The notes under the pieces were generated by a model. It was given only the letters and a program-made list of their open reading frames with translations, was not told the DNA's origin and did not search any database. The translations under genes and the position numbers were made by a program. Shown here in pieces: positions 18,012 to 26,135 of a stretch of 64,000 bases of DNA. Location: assembly GCA_050013715.1 (NCBI GenBank), contig JBEKES010000001.1:8889-72888 (forward strand), in the 5' to 3' direction. This DNA is from Candidatus Micrarchaeaceae archaeon (GTDB lineage: Archaea; Micrarchaeota; Micrarchaeia; Micrarchaeales; Micrarchaeaceae). Position 1 is the first letter of the stretch. The number at the start of each line of letters is the position of its first letter.

Positions 18012-18824
18012 ATGGTAGGCACTTCAAATGGCAGACAGACATTTCTTGATGCGAAAGACACAATAGTTAATACCCCATTTGATGGCCAGATAAAATGCCT
18101 TAATTGGAATATACAGAACCCTTCTCCCCAAAGAGCCATAAAACAGATTAATTGGATAGAACGAAGCAATTTTGACGTAATTATTTTAACAGAATTCAAA
18201 TGCTCCAGGGCAGGGCTTTACATAATTGATCGATTGAAGAGCAAGGGCTATGTAGTAAAATATCCCGAATTAGACAAGGATTATGGAGTTCTTTTGGCAG
18301 TAAGTAAAGATAATGCAATGGATTCAAAAATCAATAAGGAATTATTATCCAATAGGATTTCTTCAATTGTTTATAAAGCAGCAAATGAAAAGCTCTTATT
18401 GTTAGGGGTTTATGCACCTATTTGGAATACAGATAAGCAAAGGGCTTTTCTTGAATTTTTTGCAAAATCCATAGAGGACATATGCTCAAATGAAAAATAT
18501 GATAAAATAATCATATTAGGAGACATGAACATGCTAGAACCGAACCATACTTCAAAGTACCAGTTTCTGGAAGAATGGAGAGCTTTTTACAAAACGCTAG
18601 ACAAACATGTATTTGTAGATGCATTCAGGCTAATTTATCCAAATAAGGAAGAATATTCCTGGTTTACTAATGGAAGAGATCATCAAATAGACCAAAGGAT
18701 TGACCATTGCTTTGTTTCAAAGAACTTGACAGATTGCATTAAAGATTGCAGTTACATTCATGAAGTCAGATTGGAGAAACTTAGTGACCATTCGGCAATG
18801 TGCCTTGAAATAAAAAAAGATTAG
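18012..18824 (+). CDS. Endonuclease/exonuclease/phosphatase family protein (ExoIII-like)
   Basis: LNWNIQN, ILTEF, LGDMN, DHCFVS and LSDHSAM are typical EEP motifs. The start is either ATG 18012 or GTG 17985. Confidence 0.7.
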   Translation: MVGTSNGRQTFLDAKDTIVNTPFDGQIKCLNWNIQNPSPQRAIKQINWIERSNFDVIILTEFKCSRAGLYIIDRLKSKGYVVKYPELDKDYGVLLAVSKDNAMDSKINKELLSNRISSIVYKAANEKLLLLGVYAPIWNTDKQRAFLEFFAKSIEDICSNEKYDKIIILGDMNMLEPNHTSKYQFLEEWRAFYKTLDKHVFVDAFRLIYPNKEEYSWFTNGRDHQIDQRIDHCFVSKNLTDCIKDCSYIHEVRLEKLSDHSAMCLEIKKD

Positions 18825-19264
18825 TTATTTTGGAATACAAGACTGCATCCATTGTTTATGCAACTGCAGCTTGCAGTCCCGGCAAGAATAAACTGTGGGC
18901 ATGGTTGACTAACATTTCTAAATTGATTAAAGTAATTAGAATAGCTATTTTCATAGTTTTGGTTTATGCAGGCTTGTTGAGAAGGCTCGTTGTTGAAGCA
19001 TGCTGAAGTATGTACAATGGTGCATTGTGACGAAGTAGTGCAATAGAATGTGCTTATATTTGCATTAGGATCCACTTTTTGTACGTTGACTAATTCTTGC
19101 TGCGGCGTATATACTGAACCGTTTGCAGTAGAGTTTATTGTGGATGTTGATGCAGTATTTGTTCCATAAATACCGCTTGAATTATTTGTAGTGACTAAAA
19201 ATAATGCTGCAAGTACAATTATACCAAAGATAAAACCGATTAACAGCTTACTTTTTTCATCCAT
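18821..19264 (-). CDS. Secreted Cys-rich protein (147 aa)
   Basis: N-terminal TM/signal LLIGFIFGIIVLAALFLV, eight Cys in the mature part, and several N-x-S/T sequons. Confidence 0.5.
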   Translation of the reverse strand: MDEKSKLLIGFIFGIIVLAALFLVTTNNSSGIYGTNTASTSTINSTANGSVYTPQQELVNVQKVDPNANISTFYCTTSSQCTIVHTSACFNNEPSQQACINQNYENSYSNYFNQFRNVSQPCPQFILAGTASCSCINNGCSLVFQNN

Positions 19265-19285
19265 ATGATCATTTACTCTTTTTAT

Positions 19286-19714
19286 TTATGCTCTTTGAAC
19301 TCGAATTCCATCGCATTCCTCATTGAATTGCTCTTTTAATACGCACCATGCCTTTCGATATGTTTCACGAGTATTTTTTTCGGGAATGTTTGTTAAAAGC
19401 CATGTAGAGAATAAGTTATCTCTTATATTGATGCAGGAAACTTCCTGTATGTCCGTGTTTCTTACCAATTTCCATTTCTTTTCAGATGCAAGCTTATATT
19501 CATTCTTAACTTCAGAAGAATTAAATGCATTTATATTTCCTTCAATTATCGCTTTTGATGTTTGCCATGAATGAGCTGGAGAAAAAGATACGATTATGGT
19601 TGCTCCTGCCTTAGTTATCTCCTCGTCTTTGTCTAATGTGCCTTTCTTTTGCGCAAGATCGTGAAATTTTTCTGCGAGTATATCATATTTTGTTAAATTA
19701 TACTTAATTGGCAT
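19286..19714 (-). CDS. Hypothetical protein (142 aa from Met at 19714)
   Basis: The shorter start avoids overlap with the divergent gene at 19815. No motif recognised. Confidence 0.45.
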   Translation of the reverse strand: MPIKYNLTKYDILAEKFHDLAQKKGTLDKDEEITKAGATIIVSFSPAHSWQTSKAIIEGNINAFNSSEVKNEYKLASEKKWKLVRNTDIQEVSCINIRDNLFSTWLLTNIPEKNTRETYRKAWCVLKEQFNEECDGIRVQRA

Positions 19715-19814
19715 ACAACGTTCCCAACAAACCAATCCAATCCTTACATAAATATACAACAATAAAGTATATAAGCATATCAAGTTAATAAAATTATTAA
19801 TCAGAGATGAGGAA

Positions 19815-20228
19815 ATGGGAATTCTTAATATTTTTGGAAAGAAAGACGCAACATCAGACATCGCAAAAGGACCGCCATACAGTGTGGTTACAGAACTTGT
19901 GCCCTACAAATTGTATGCAAAGAAGAACAGTTCTGCAACTCTAAGAATAAAAGTAAGAAACCTTACAAAAGAGGTTCTCTTGACATCATTAGTAGGAGAA
20001 GTTCCGAACCATTTGGGATTTGATGAGATGATAATGTCAAAGCAAAGGGAAATAAGAGTAGGTGAAATGCAGCCCAACGAGGAAAAGGAACTGAAGATGA
20101 ATTTGTACACAAGCCTAGGTTCGGAAAAGGGAGAATACACAATGACTCTTACAACAATAGCACACTACAGGGATTATGGCCATGTGCTTAATGCATTGAA
20201 GAAAAGAATAGCAATTGAGCTAGTATAA
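19815..20228 (+). CDS. Hypothetical protein (137 aa)
   Basis: ORF with a GAGGA SD-like sequence upstream. No motif recognised. Confidence 0.5.
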   Translation: MGILNIFGKKDATSDIAKGPPYSVVTELVPYKLYAKKNSSATLRIKVRNLTKEVLLTSLVGEVPNHLGFDEMIMSKQREIRVGEMQPNEEKELKMNLYTSLGSEKGEYTMTLTTIAHYRDYGHVLNALKKRIAIELV

Positions 20229-20525
20229 TTATTTAGGCGTTTCTGGAGGACGTTGCTGTTCAGCAATAGTAAGCTCGGAATTTATGCTTATGATTAGGTT
20301 AGTAATGCGAAGTCCTTTGTCAGTAAGTTTTATTATTTTTAATTTACCGTGCTTTTCGCTTGTTGTGATACCATTATACTCGCAGGTTGCAAGAAAATTG
20401 CATACGTGAACATAAGTAGTATTGGAAAGCTTTGATATCGTGGACATGCTAAGATCCTGAGCGCTGTTTTTAATTAGAATAAGTATTTCAGTCTGCTTCT
20501 TCTTGAGTATCAGGTTATCCATCAT
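20229..20525 (-). CDS. Small winged-helix-like DNA-binding protein (98 aa)
   Basis: QTEILILIKNSAQDLSMSTISKLSNTTYVHVCNFLATCEYNGIT has the helix-turn-helix plus wing layout of small ArsR/MarR-like regulators. Confidence 0.45.
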   Translation of the reverse strand: MMDNLILKKKQTEILILIKNSAQDLSMSTISKLSNTTYVHVCNFLATCEYNGITTSEKHGKLKIIKLTDKGLRITNLIISINSELTIAEQQRPPETPK

Positions 20526-20700
20526 AAAGTATTATTGCAAAAAGAGGATTATAAACCTTTATAATTCACATTCAGGGAAATTTATTTTCAACACTATTAT
20601 TATTGTAGTATTTTTCACATTTATGGAAATCATTAGATTTAATGAGATAATTTTCATATTAATCACTTTTCTGGAATCTCGGCAATCCTGAACACAATAA

Positions 20701-21306
20701 CTAACTTCTTTTTATGTCATTAACAAATTTTAATGCAATATCCGGATAGGCTTTTTTCGCAAGATCCAATACAGATGCCCCAGTCCAATCTTTTGTATCT
20801 GAAAGAAGTTTTATACCATCTTCTGTTTCTGTGAGTTTGTTTGCTACGCTTTCGTGGTAGTTAACAGCAACATGAAGAGAGCTCCAATTAGTATTGTTTT
20901 CTTTTGTACTTGCAAGCAGGTTTTTCCCCTCTTCTTTTTCTATTAGCTTAAGCGCTACTTTTTCATATAATTCAACAGCAGCATGAAGTATAGTTCTGCC
21001 ATCAAATCTAGTTTCCACAAGAAGATTAATCCCTTCTTGCGTTTCTATAAGTTTAAGTGCAACACTTTCAAAGTTTATAACAGCAAGAAGAAGAGCACTT
21101 GGCCCCTCATTTTTGACAAGATCTCCACTATCATGTGGTTTTACTGTTTCGGCAAGCAGTTTTCTGCCATATTGTGTTTCTACTAATTGAAGCATGAGTT
21201 GTTCATTTTCAACAAATTTTAAAACATTATTAGTGTTAACTACACCGTATCCATTAACAGTTATACTTATTTTAGATACATCTATTGCCATTGGCTTTGT
21301 CGCCAT
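20701..21306 (-). CDS. Ankyrin-like repeat protein (201 aa, about 5 repeats)
   Basis: Repeats of about 35 aa with an ANK-like pattern, for example DGRTILHAAVELYEKVALKLIEKEEGKNLL, NWSSLHVAVNYHESVANKLTETEDGIKLL and PSALLLAVINFESVALKLIETQEGINLL. Confidence 0.6.
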   Translation of the reverse strand: MATKPMAIDVSKISITVNGYGVVNTNNVLKFVENEQLMLQLVETQYGRKLLAETVKPHDSGDLVKNEGPSALLLAVINFESVALKLIETQEGINLLVETRFDGRTILHAAVELYEKVALKLIEKEEGKNLLASTKENNTNWSSLHVAVNYHESVANKLTETEDGIKLLSDTKDWTGASVLDLAKKAYPDIALKFVNDIKRS

Positions 21307-21409
21307 ATTATCACATCATATTATATATCAATAAAGGAATTATAATCTGAATCTCTCATTAAAGCTACTTTTATATACTTTTCTAAACTTCTTTTCAAAG
21401 GCTTGCTAA

Positions 21410-21943
21410 TTACATAAATTCATGGCTTTCTTCTAGTTCTGCGGTTCGCAGTGCTTCTAAGAACACAGGTGTTTCATGATAATTGGCATCTCTTGCCCCC
21501 TGAGCTATTTTGTATATCATTCTAATAAGAGCCGCTTCCTGTGAAGCATATGCAGATCTAACTAATCTTTCTTTGTTTTCAGTGATAGAGCTTTCTTCTC
21601 TCATAAAAATTGATAAAAGAGACTTTGATTGCCTTTGCTCTAACCTATGCCTTTCAAGCTCCAATAATGTTGCAGATAAAAGAAATTCTGAGGTTTCTAT
21701 TACTAACAAACCAGAGACGCGTGCTTGGGCTTCTCCATTTACAAAGTTTGAGGCTTCTACAGCAGTATCGTGTGATTTACGAGCCATTCTAAGATAATCA
21801 AGGTGGTATTTTCCACCATCATTGTAACGGTAGTGCCCTTCAATTATTCTAGTAAATTTTGTGTATGAATCATCTATTTTCCCAGCAATAGCCAAACCTA
21901 ATGCTAATGTAGTTTCTGCCATTGGAGATACGGTTTTGTTCAT
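21410..21943 (-). CDS. Hypothetical protein (177 aa from Met at 21943)
   Basis: The start is chosen at the ATG preceded by GTGATAAAA. Predicted helical, no motif recognised. Confidence 0.5.
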   Translation of the reverse strand: MNKTVSPMAETTLALGLAIAGKIDDSYTKFTRIIEGHYRYNDGGKYHLDYLRMARKSHDTAVEASNFVNGEAQARVSGLLVIETSEFLLSATLLELERHRLEQRQSKSLLSIFMREESSITENKERLVRSAYASQEAALIRMIYKIAQGARDANYHETPVFLEALRTAELEESHEFM

Positions 21944-22072
21944 TTTTATCACATTATAATTATGACTTAGGAAATATTTATACCTGATTATGTTGTACGT
22001 CACTTGTCTTTCAAAAAACCAGGAACCTTAACAAAATGATAATGTTAATAATTTATATTGCTTATTTTACTT

Positions 22073-22234
22073 ATGGAAAAGAAGAATTTGCCAAGAGCCG
22101 AGAAAGACACTGAATGTGGCTACTGCCACAAAATCATAAAGAAAGGGGAATTAATCTGCGCTTATTCAAATCGTGACCCTAAAGGAATACACCATCCAGA
22201 GCATAATTGCAAAAGCTTAGCAGGACTTTTCTAA
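22073..22234 (+). CDS. Possible small Cys/His protein (53 aa), below the ORF-track threshold
   Basis: Hand translation gives MEKKNLPRAEKDTECGYCHKIIKKGELICAYSNRDPKGIHHPEHNCKSLAGLF. It carries CxxC plus additional Cys/His and lies in an otherwise empty 278-nt gap. Confidence 0.25.
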   Translation: MEKKNLPRAEKDTECGYCHKIIKKGELICAYSNRDPKGIHHPEHNCKSLAGLF

Positions 22235-22281
22235 ACTACGCCCAAAATCGCAATATATAAAATTAATGGGAATATGTTTGA

Positions 22282-22662
22282 TCAAGAAGCTTTTTTCTGT
22301 TTTCTGAGAAGTCTTTCTCTTTTAACGCTGTCTAAATCATGAAAAAGCCGGCGCCCTGATTCAGTTAATTCGTATAAGCAATTTACCCCTTTTACAAAGC
22401 CAAAGTGCTCTAATTCATAAAGCCCTGCAACGTTTTGTTTTTCTATATATATCTTTTTGTCTCTGTCTAAACGTTCCAAAACCTTTATCATTATACTAGC
22501 TACACTAGTTGCTTGAGAAGTATCTTTTACATCAGCATCATGTAATAGAATAGCTGCACACCTCTTTGTAAAAGCGTTCTTTTGGGCTTCAAATGCCTGT
22601 TCAGCTCTACCTAATTTTTGCCATGTTGATTCTTCAACTCTTATAGTTTTTGTTCTATCCAT
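22282..22662 (-). CDS. Hypothetical protein, possible ribbon-helix-helix N-terminus (126 aa from Met at 22662)
   Basis: The ATG at 22662 is preceded by GTGATGGA. KTIRVEESTWQKLGRAEQ looks RHH-like and the C-terminus is basic. Confidence 0.5.
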   Translation of the reverse strand: MDRTKTIRVEESTWQKLGRAEQAFEAQKNAFTKRCAAILLHDADVKDTSQATSVASIMIKVLERLDRDKKIYIEKQNVAGLYELEHFGFVKGVNCLYELTESGRRLFHDLDSVKRERLLRKQKKAS

Positions 22663-22815
22663 TCCATCACTCATTTAGCTCTATTTTAAGAGATATATAT
22701 ACTTTTTCTACAACTTCTTTTCAAAAGCCTAAACTACTAATAACATAATTCCGCTATTCGCGAATATTGCCTAATTTTAAAAGGCTTGTCTTTGCTTGAT
22801 TTAGCGGCGATCAGC

Positions 22816-23055
22816 ATGGAAGTGAGAACACCTACCATAGACAAGTACTGCAGAAAGCAGATAAAGGCTGTTGAGAAGGCCTATCAAGAGTTAGAAGAAT
22901 CAAGGAATGCCTGGAAAGAAGCATATCAGCTTCAGGACATAGAAAAGCTCGATTCCTTGTACAAGAATCTGGACAAGGCTATCAGGAACATGGGCAAAAC
23001 AAGCCATAATGCTGATACATTCCTGAAGGAAATATACAGCATATGGAAAGTTTAA
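22816..23055 (+). CDS. Hypothetical helical protein (79 aa from ATG 22816; listed TTG start 22786)
   Basis: ORF only. No motif recognised. Confidence 0.35.
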   Translation: MEVRTPTIDKYCRKQIKAVEKAYQELEESRNAWKEAYQLQDIEKLDSLYKNLDKAIRNMGKTSHNADTFLKEIYSIWKV

Positions 23056-23077
23056 TCAACGCCCCATAAGAATTGGA

Positions 23078-23767
23078 CTAAGACCTTAACCTCTTAAATA
23101 GTCTTTTCATAAGACTTGGTTTTGGTTCTGCATAACCAGCTAGAGTTACGAATGCTTCTCCAGTTGGAAAGGTTATTGGCTCTTCTCCTGATACGAAAAC
23201 GTGTTTTTCGTGATCCAGAACACAATCTCCTCTTTTAAGAGAAAAAATGGCATGCTTTGTAACCAAAAGACCTGTAGAGTATTCACCTTTTAATTTTTTG
23301 ATAAATTCATAAGTTACAACCATCTTGGCAGTAGCATCTTCCTTTCCAAGCGACATGCCCGGGCGTAATATACTGATACCGACCATTTCGCCTTCCATAA
23401 CATAATACCATCCAGAAAGATTTGAACTATTTTCAGCATCGGAATACGTAGCCGGAGCTGAATCTCTGTCGAAAAATCTAAATGATATGAGAGATTTGTT
23501 GAAGTTTGGAACATCATATACGGTAGGCATTGTTATGTTAGAGCGTCCTTTCAGATACGTATCACGCAGATGCGTCAAAACAAAAACAGGATCCCTACAA
23601 CCTATTTCTCTACCAATGGTTGTTTCAGAAGATCCATCAATACCAGTAAATGCAGTACACGAATGATATTGCACATAGGTCTTAGTCTTTCTCATTTCTA
23701 AGTTTGCAGAAGGGTTTGGTTGGAATCTTCCAGGTTCGTTTTTTTGCACATTACTTGTTGTTGTCAT
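23078..23767 (-). CDS. ORFan operon gene 5. Distant member of the GxC-IRI family with a unique C-terminal domain (229 aa).
   Basis: GTGATAATATG start context. The N-terminal RKTKTYVQYHS...IGREIGCRDPVFVL parallels HKTKITGYKHT...LGKESGACGIRIKM of the neighbouring paralog. Confidence 0.6.
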   Translation of the reverse strand: MTTTSNVQKNEPGRFQPNPSANLEMRKTKTYVQYHSCTAFTGIDGSSETTIGREIGCRDPVFVLTHLRDTYLKGRSNITMPTVYDVPNFNKSLISFRFFDRDSAPATYSDAENSSNLSGWYYVMEGEMVGISILRPGMSLGKEDATAKMVVTYEFIKKLKGEYSTGLLVTKHAIFSLKRGDCVLDHEKHVFVSGEEPITFPTGEAFVTLAGYAEPKPSLMKRLFKRLRS

Positions 23768-23793
23768 ATTATCACGCTATAATTGTAACATTT
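23765..23793 (-). repeat. Gene-junction repeat copy A (stop of paralog + SD + ATG of the next gene)
   Basis: catattatcacgctataattgtaacattt. The 25-nt core ttatcacgctataattgtaacattt is identical to 24556-24580. Confidence 0.9.
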
Positions 23794-24205
23794 TATTTAT
23801 CTTTTTACCGATGGCAATGAGCTCGTTTTGCATTTGCTCGTTGAACTCCAATTTGTAAACGTAATATTCGAATTGCCCGTACCCCATCATATTATGATTT
23901 ACCTCCGCATCTACTGGAGTATCATATTTTGCCGCACGGCTTTCCATTTCCTGCTTTATTAGTTTATTTATCTCTTCGAATTGTTTCCTTGACATTTTTA
24001 TCCTTATGCCGCAGGCACCTGACTCTTTGCCCAACAGTATATAGCTTGCTGGTCTGCCAGCCATAGTATGTTTGTAACCAGTTATTTTGGTTTTGTGATG
24101 AATTCTGGCCTGCTTTTGGACTGTCTGGCTTTCCCTGATCCATAAACCGTTTATGGCTAGCCTTGGAGGCACTGGAATCTGTTTTGGTTCTGCAGATGCT
24201 AGCAT
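23777..24205 (-). CDS. ORFan operon gene 4. GxC-IRI family paralog (142 aa).
   Basis: GACGIRIKMSRKQF core and ELIAIGKKINKMLQL tail. GTGATGATATG start context. Confidence 0.65.
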   Translation of the reverse strand: MLASAEPKQIPVPPRLAINGLWIRESQTVQKQARIHHKTKITGYKHTMAGRPASYILLGKESGACGIRIKMSRKQFEEINKLIKQEMESRAAKYDTPVDAEVNHNMMGYGQFEYYVYKLEFNEQMQNELIAIGKKINKMLQL

Positions 24206-24209
24206 ATCA

Positions 24210-24554
24210 TCACAATTGCAGCTCTTTCTTCACATCGGATCCGATAAAAAGAAGGGCCTCTACCACTAAAGCGTCAACCTCTGCCTCATAGCCGGAGCAC
24301 CTAATTTCTGCAAATCCCTGTTCATCATAGATATAATTAATCCTTGGAAGCACGGCAAGCCTTGCAGGATTTCCTTGTGGGTTCTTGACTTCCCTTAGAT
24401 TGTTGAATTGGCTTTCTGACATTTTTATTCTTATGGCGCAAGTACCGATCCCTTTATAGCTTATATAATGGTGGCTTGCCCCAAAATTAGGGACTATTTC
24501 TTCTTCGTAGCCTTTCAGCCTTGTTGTTCTCGGATTGTTTATTGTTGCTGGCAT
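24210..24554 (-). CDS. ORFan operon gene 3. GxC-IRI family paralog (114 aa).
   Basis: GTCAIRIKMSESQF core and LLFIGSDVKKELQL tail. GTGATAACATG start context. Confidence 0.65.
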   Translation of the reverse strand: MPATINNPRTTRLKGYEEEIVPNFGASHHYISYKGIGTCAIRIKMSESQFNNLREVKNPQGNPARLAVLPRINYIYDEQGFAEIRCSGYEAEVDALVVEALLFIGSDVKKELQL

Positions 24555-24580
24555 GTTATCACGCTATAATTGTAACATTT
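24552..24580 (-). repeat. Gene-junction repeat copy B
   Basis: catgttatcacgctataattgtaacattt matches copy A at 28 of 29 positions. Confidence 0.9.
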
Positions 24581-24980
24581 CCTTTATTTTGGCGCCTATG
24601 CCAATAAGTTCATTTTGTGCTTGTGTATTGTAGCTTTCTGTATAAGCTCCATAGGAAAATGTGCCGAACCCTTTTTCACCATAAGTAACGCATATTTGTT
24701 GAATTGGTGTTGTTTTTGGAATGGCCTTTTCCATTTCTAGCTCAATTTGGTTTTTTATGCTATCAAATTGTTGCCTTGACATAAGTATTCGTATACCACA
24801 GGCGCCAAAATGGTTACCTAAGGTTACATAGCTAGCACCAGTGCATTCAACAACATTGTGCTCATATCCTTTTATAGTTCTTTTGCATGTTTGTGCTGCA
24901 TGTGTTTCCTCCCATTCCGGTGATTGCATTCTATTTTCTACTGGAGGTGCAGATCTAGGAATGGTTTGCATTTTACTCAT
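24564..24980 (-). CDS. ORFan operon gene 2. GxC-IRI family paralog (138 aa).
   Basis: GACGIRILMSRQQF core and ELIGIGAKIKEMLQL tail. GTGATAATATG start context. Confidence 0.65.
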   Translation of the reverse strand: MSKMQTIPRSAPPVENRMQSPEWEETHAAQTCKRTIKGYEHNVVECTGASYVTLGNHFGACGIRILMSRQQFDSIKNQIELEMEKAIPKTTPIQQICVTYGEKGFGTFSYGAYTESYNTQAQNELIGIGAKIKEMLQL

Positions 24981-24992
24981 ATTATCACAGTA

Positions 24993-25340
24993 TTATTGCA
25001 TTTTTATACCCTGAATGCTTTGCTCCCTTAGGAATTCAAGCCAAGTTTGGAAGTTTGCGACAACAATTTCTCTTGAATCGCGCAAACTTGTTAGTTTATA
25101 TAACAAGAGAGTTACTGCAAATTTTGTTGCTGTAGAATCGTTATCAAATATTTTTGGATCTACAATTCTGACCATTTTAATGTAAGAATCGAGAAATATT
25201 TTCATTTGCCCTAGGTCTGTTATTTCCTTTACAGCAATTTCAGCTACAGAACCTGAAGTTCTGCCGCGCATTAGACCATCTATAAATGGAACTCTGCCAG
25301 TTATGTCTACTCCTCTAACTACTGTTTTTAATGCATCCAT
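24993..25340 (-). CDS. ORFan operon gene 1 (115 aa), unrelated in sequence to the paralogs
   Basis: GTGATAATATG start context and a TATA-like box about 33 nt upstream. It lies 12 nt upstream of the next gene. Confidence 0.55.
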   Translation of the reverse strand: MDALKTVVRGVDITGRVPFIDGLMRGRTSGSVAEIAVKEITDLGQMKIFLDSYIKMVRIVDPKIFDNDSTATKFAVTLLLYKLTSLRDSREIVVANFQTWLEFLREQSIQGIKMQ

Positions 25341-25367
25341 ATTATCACATTATTATTGCAGCTTTCC

Positions 25368-25379
25368 AAATATATATAG
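25368..25379 (-). promoter_or_regulatory. TATA-like box upstream of the ORFan operon
   Basis: The minus strand reads CTATATATATTT, centred about 33 nt upstream of the ATG at 25340. The same geometry is seen upstream of the ATGs at 59787 and 28247. Confidence 0.3.
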
Positions 25380-25413
25380 CTTATTGTGCCATCGATTATT
25401 GACGAATTAATAA

Positions 25414-26070
25414 TTAGGTAATGTTAAGGTCTGAAAGCTGGTATGCCAATAACTGCTTTGCCTGGCTTAGCTGCAGTGCCGTGCCCTGGTTGAATATTAA
25501 TATAGCATAAGGGCCGTCATGGGCATAGATTACAGCTGCAGCCTGTCCTTTGTTGATTGCATCGCCAGAATAGAACATATAGGTTGAATCTCCCTGCAAT
25601 CCTGTTGTTACGTTTGATGCATTGGGAAACATTGATTTTAATGCTGAATTTACGTAATTATTTGCATCAATTGGATTATAGAATGCTACCCATTCCGTGG
25701 ATAGTAATTCTCCTCCGTTGCTGAAGCTTTCTGATCCTAATGCCTTTACCATTACCTTTGAACCGTTCGGATAGGTTAGGTTTGTATTGTTGCTGCTGTA
25801 TTGCGCAGCTGAGGTCCAGCCGGTTCCCAGTGAAGATATTACTTGCTCTACGGCAAGCGACTTGTTTCCTCCGCTGATTTGATATATCGTTGTTGTGCAT
25901 GTTGGATTTGCTGTTGTTGTATTAGAATTGGTTATGGTGGTATAGGATGAGCCTGTGCTTATGCTGATAGAAGATGAACTGCTTCCGAATTTGCCAGATG
26001 TTACGATGTAAGCCAATGCAACTATTGCAATGATTATAACTATTGCAACTACAATAGAACCCGCTTTCAT
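25414..26070 (-). CDS. Secreted or anchored Ser/Thr-rich protein with many N-x-S/T sequons
   Basis: N-terminal TM GSIVVAIVIIIAIVALAYIV, followed by an SSSSSISISTGSSYTT linker. Sequons are NTT, NKS, NNT, NLT, NGS, NAS, NVT and NIT. The start is taken at the Met at 26070 (listed 26103). Confidence 0.55.
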   Translation of the reverse strand: MKAGSIVVAIVIIIAIVALAYIVTSGKFGSSSSSISISTGSSYTTITNSNTTTANPTCTTTIYQISGGNKSLAVEQVISSLGTGWTSAAQYSSNNTNLTYPNGSKVMVKALGSESFSNGGELLSTEWVAFYNPIDANNYVNSALKSMFPNASNVTTGLQGDSTYMFYSGDAINKGQAAAVIYAHDGPYAILIFNQGTALQLSQAKQLLAYQLSDLNIT

Positions 26071-26135
26071 AGAACTACCCAAGTTATTATTATAAAACAG
26101 CATAAAGTTATATAAATTTGTTTTATTCCTGAATT

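Noticed and set aside
23990-24010. A caspase-like reading of the paralog family, with His upstream and an A-C-G motif resembling QACxG of clan CD peptidases.
   Set aside because: His and Cys are only about 19 residues apart and the proteins are 114-142 aa. That is far too small and too closely spaced for a caspase-hemoglobinase fold, and one paralog has Glu at the His position. The resemblance is treated as coincidental.
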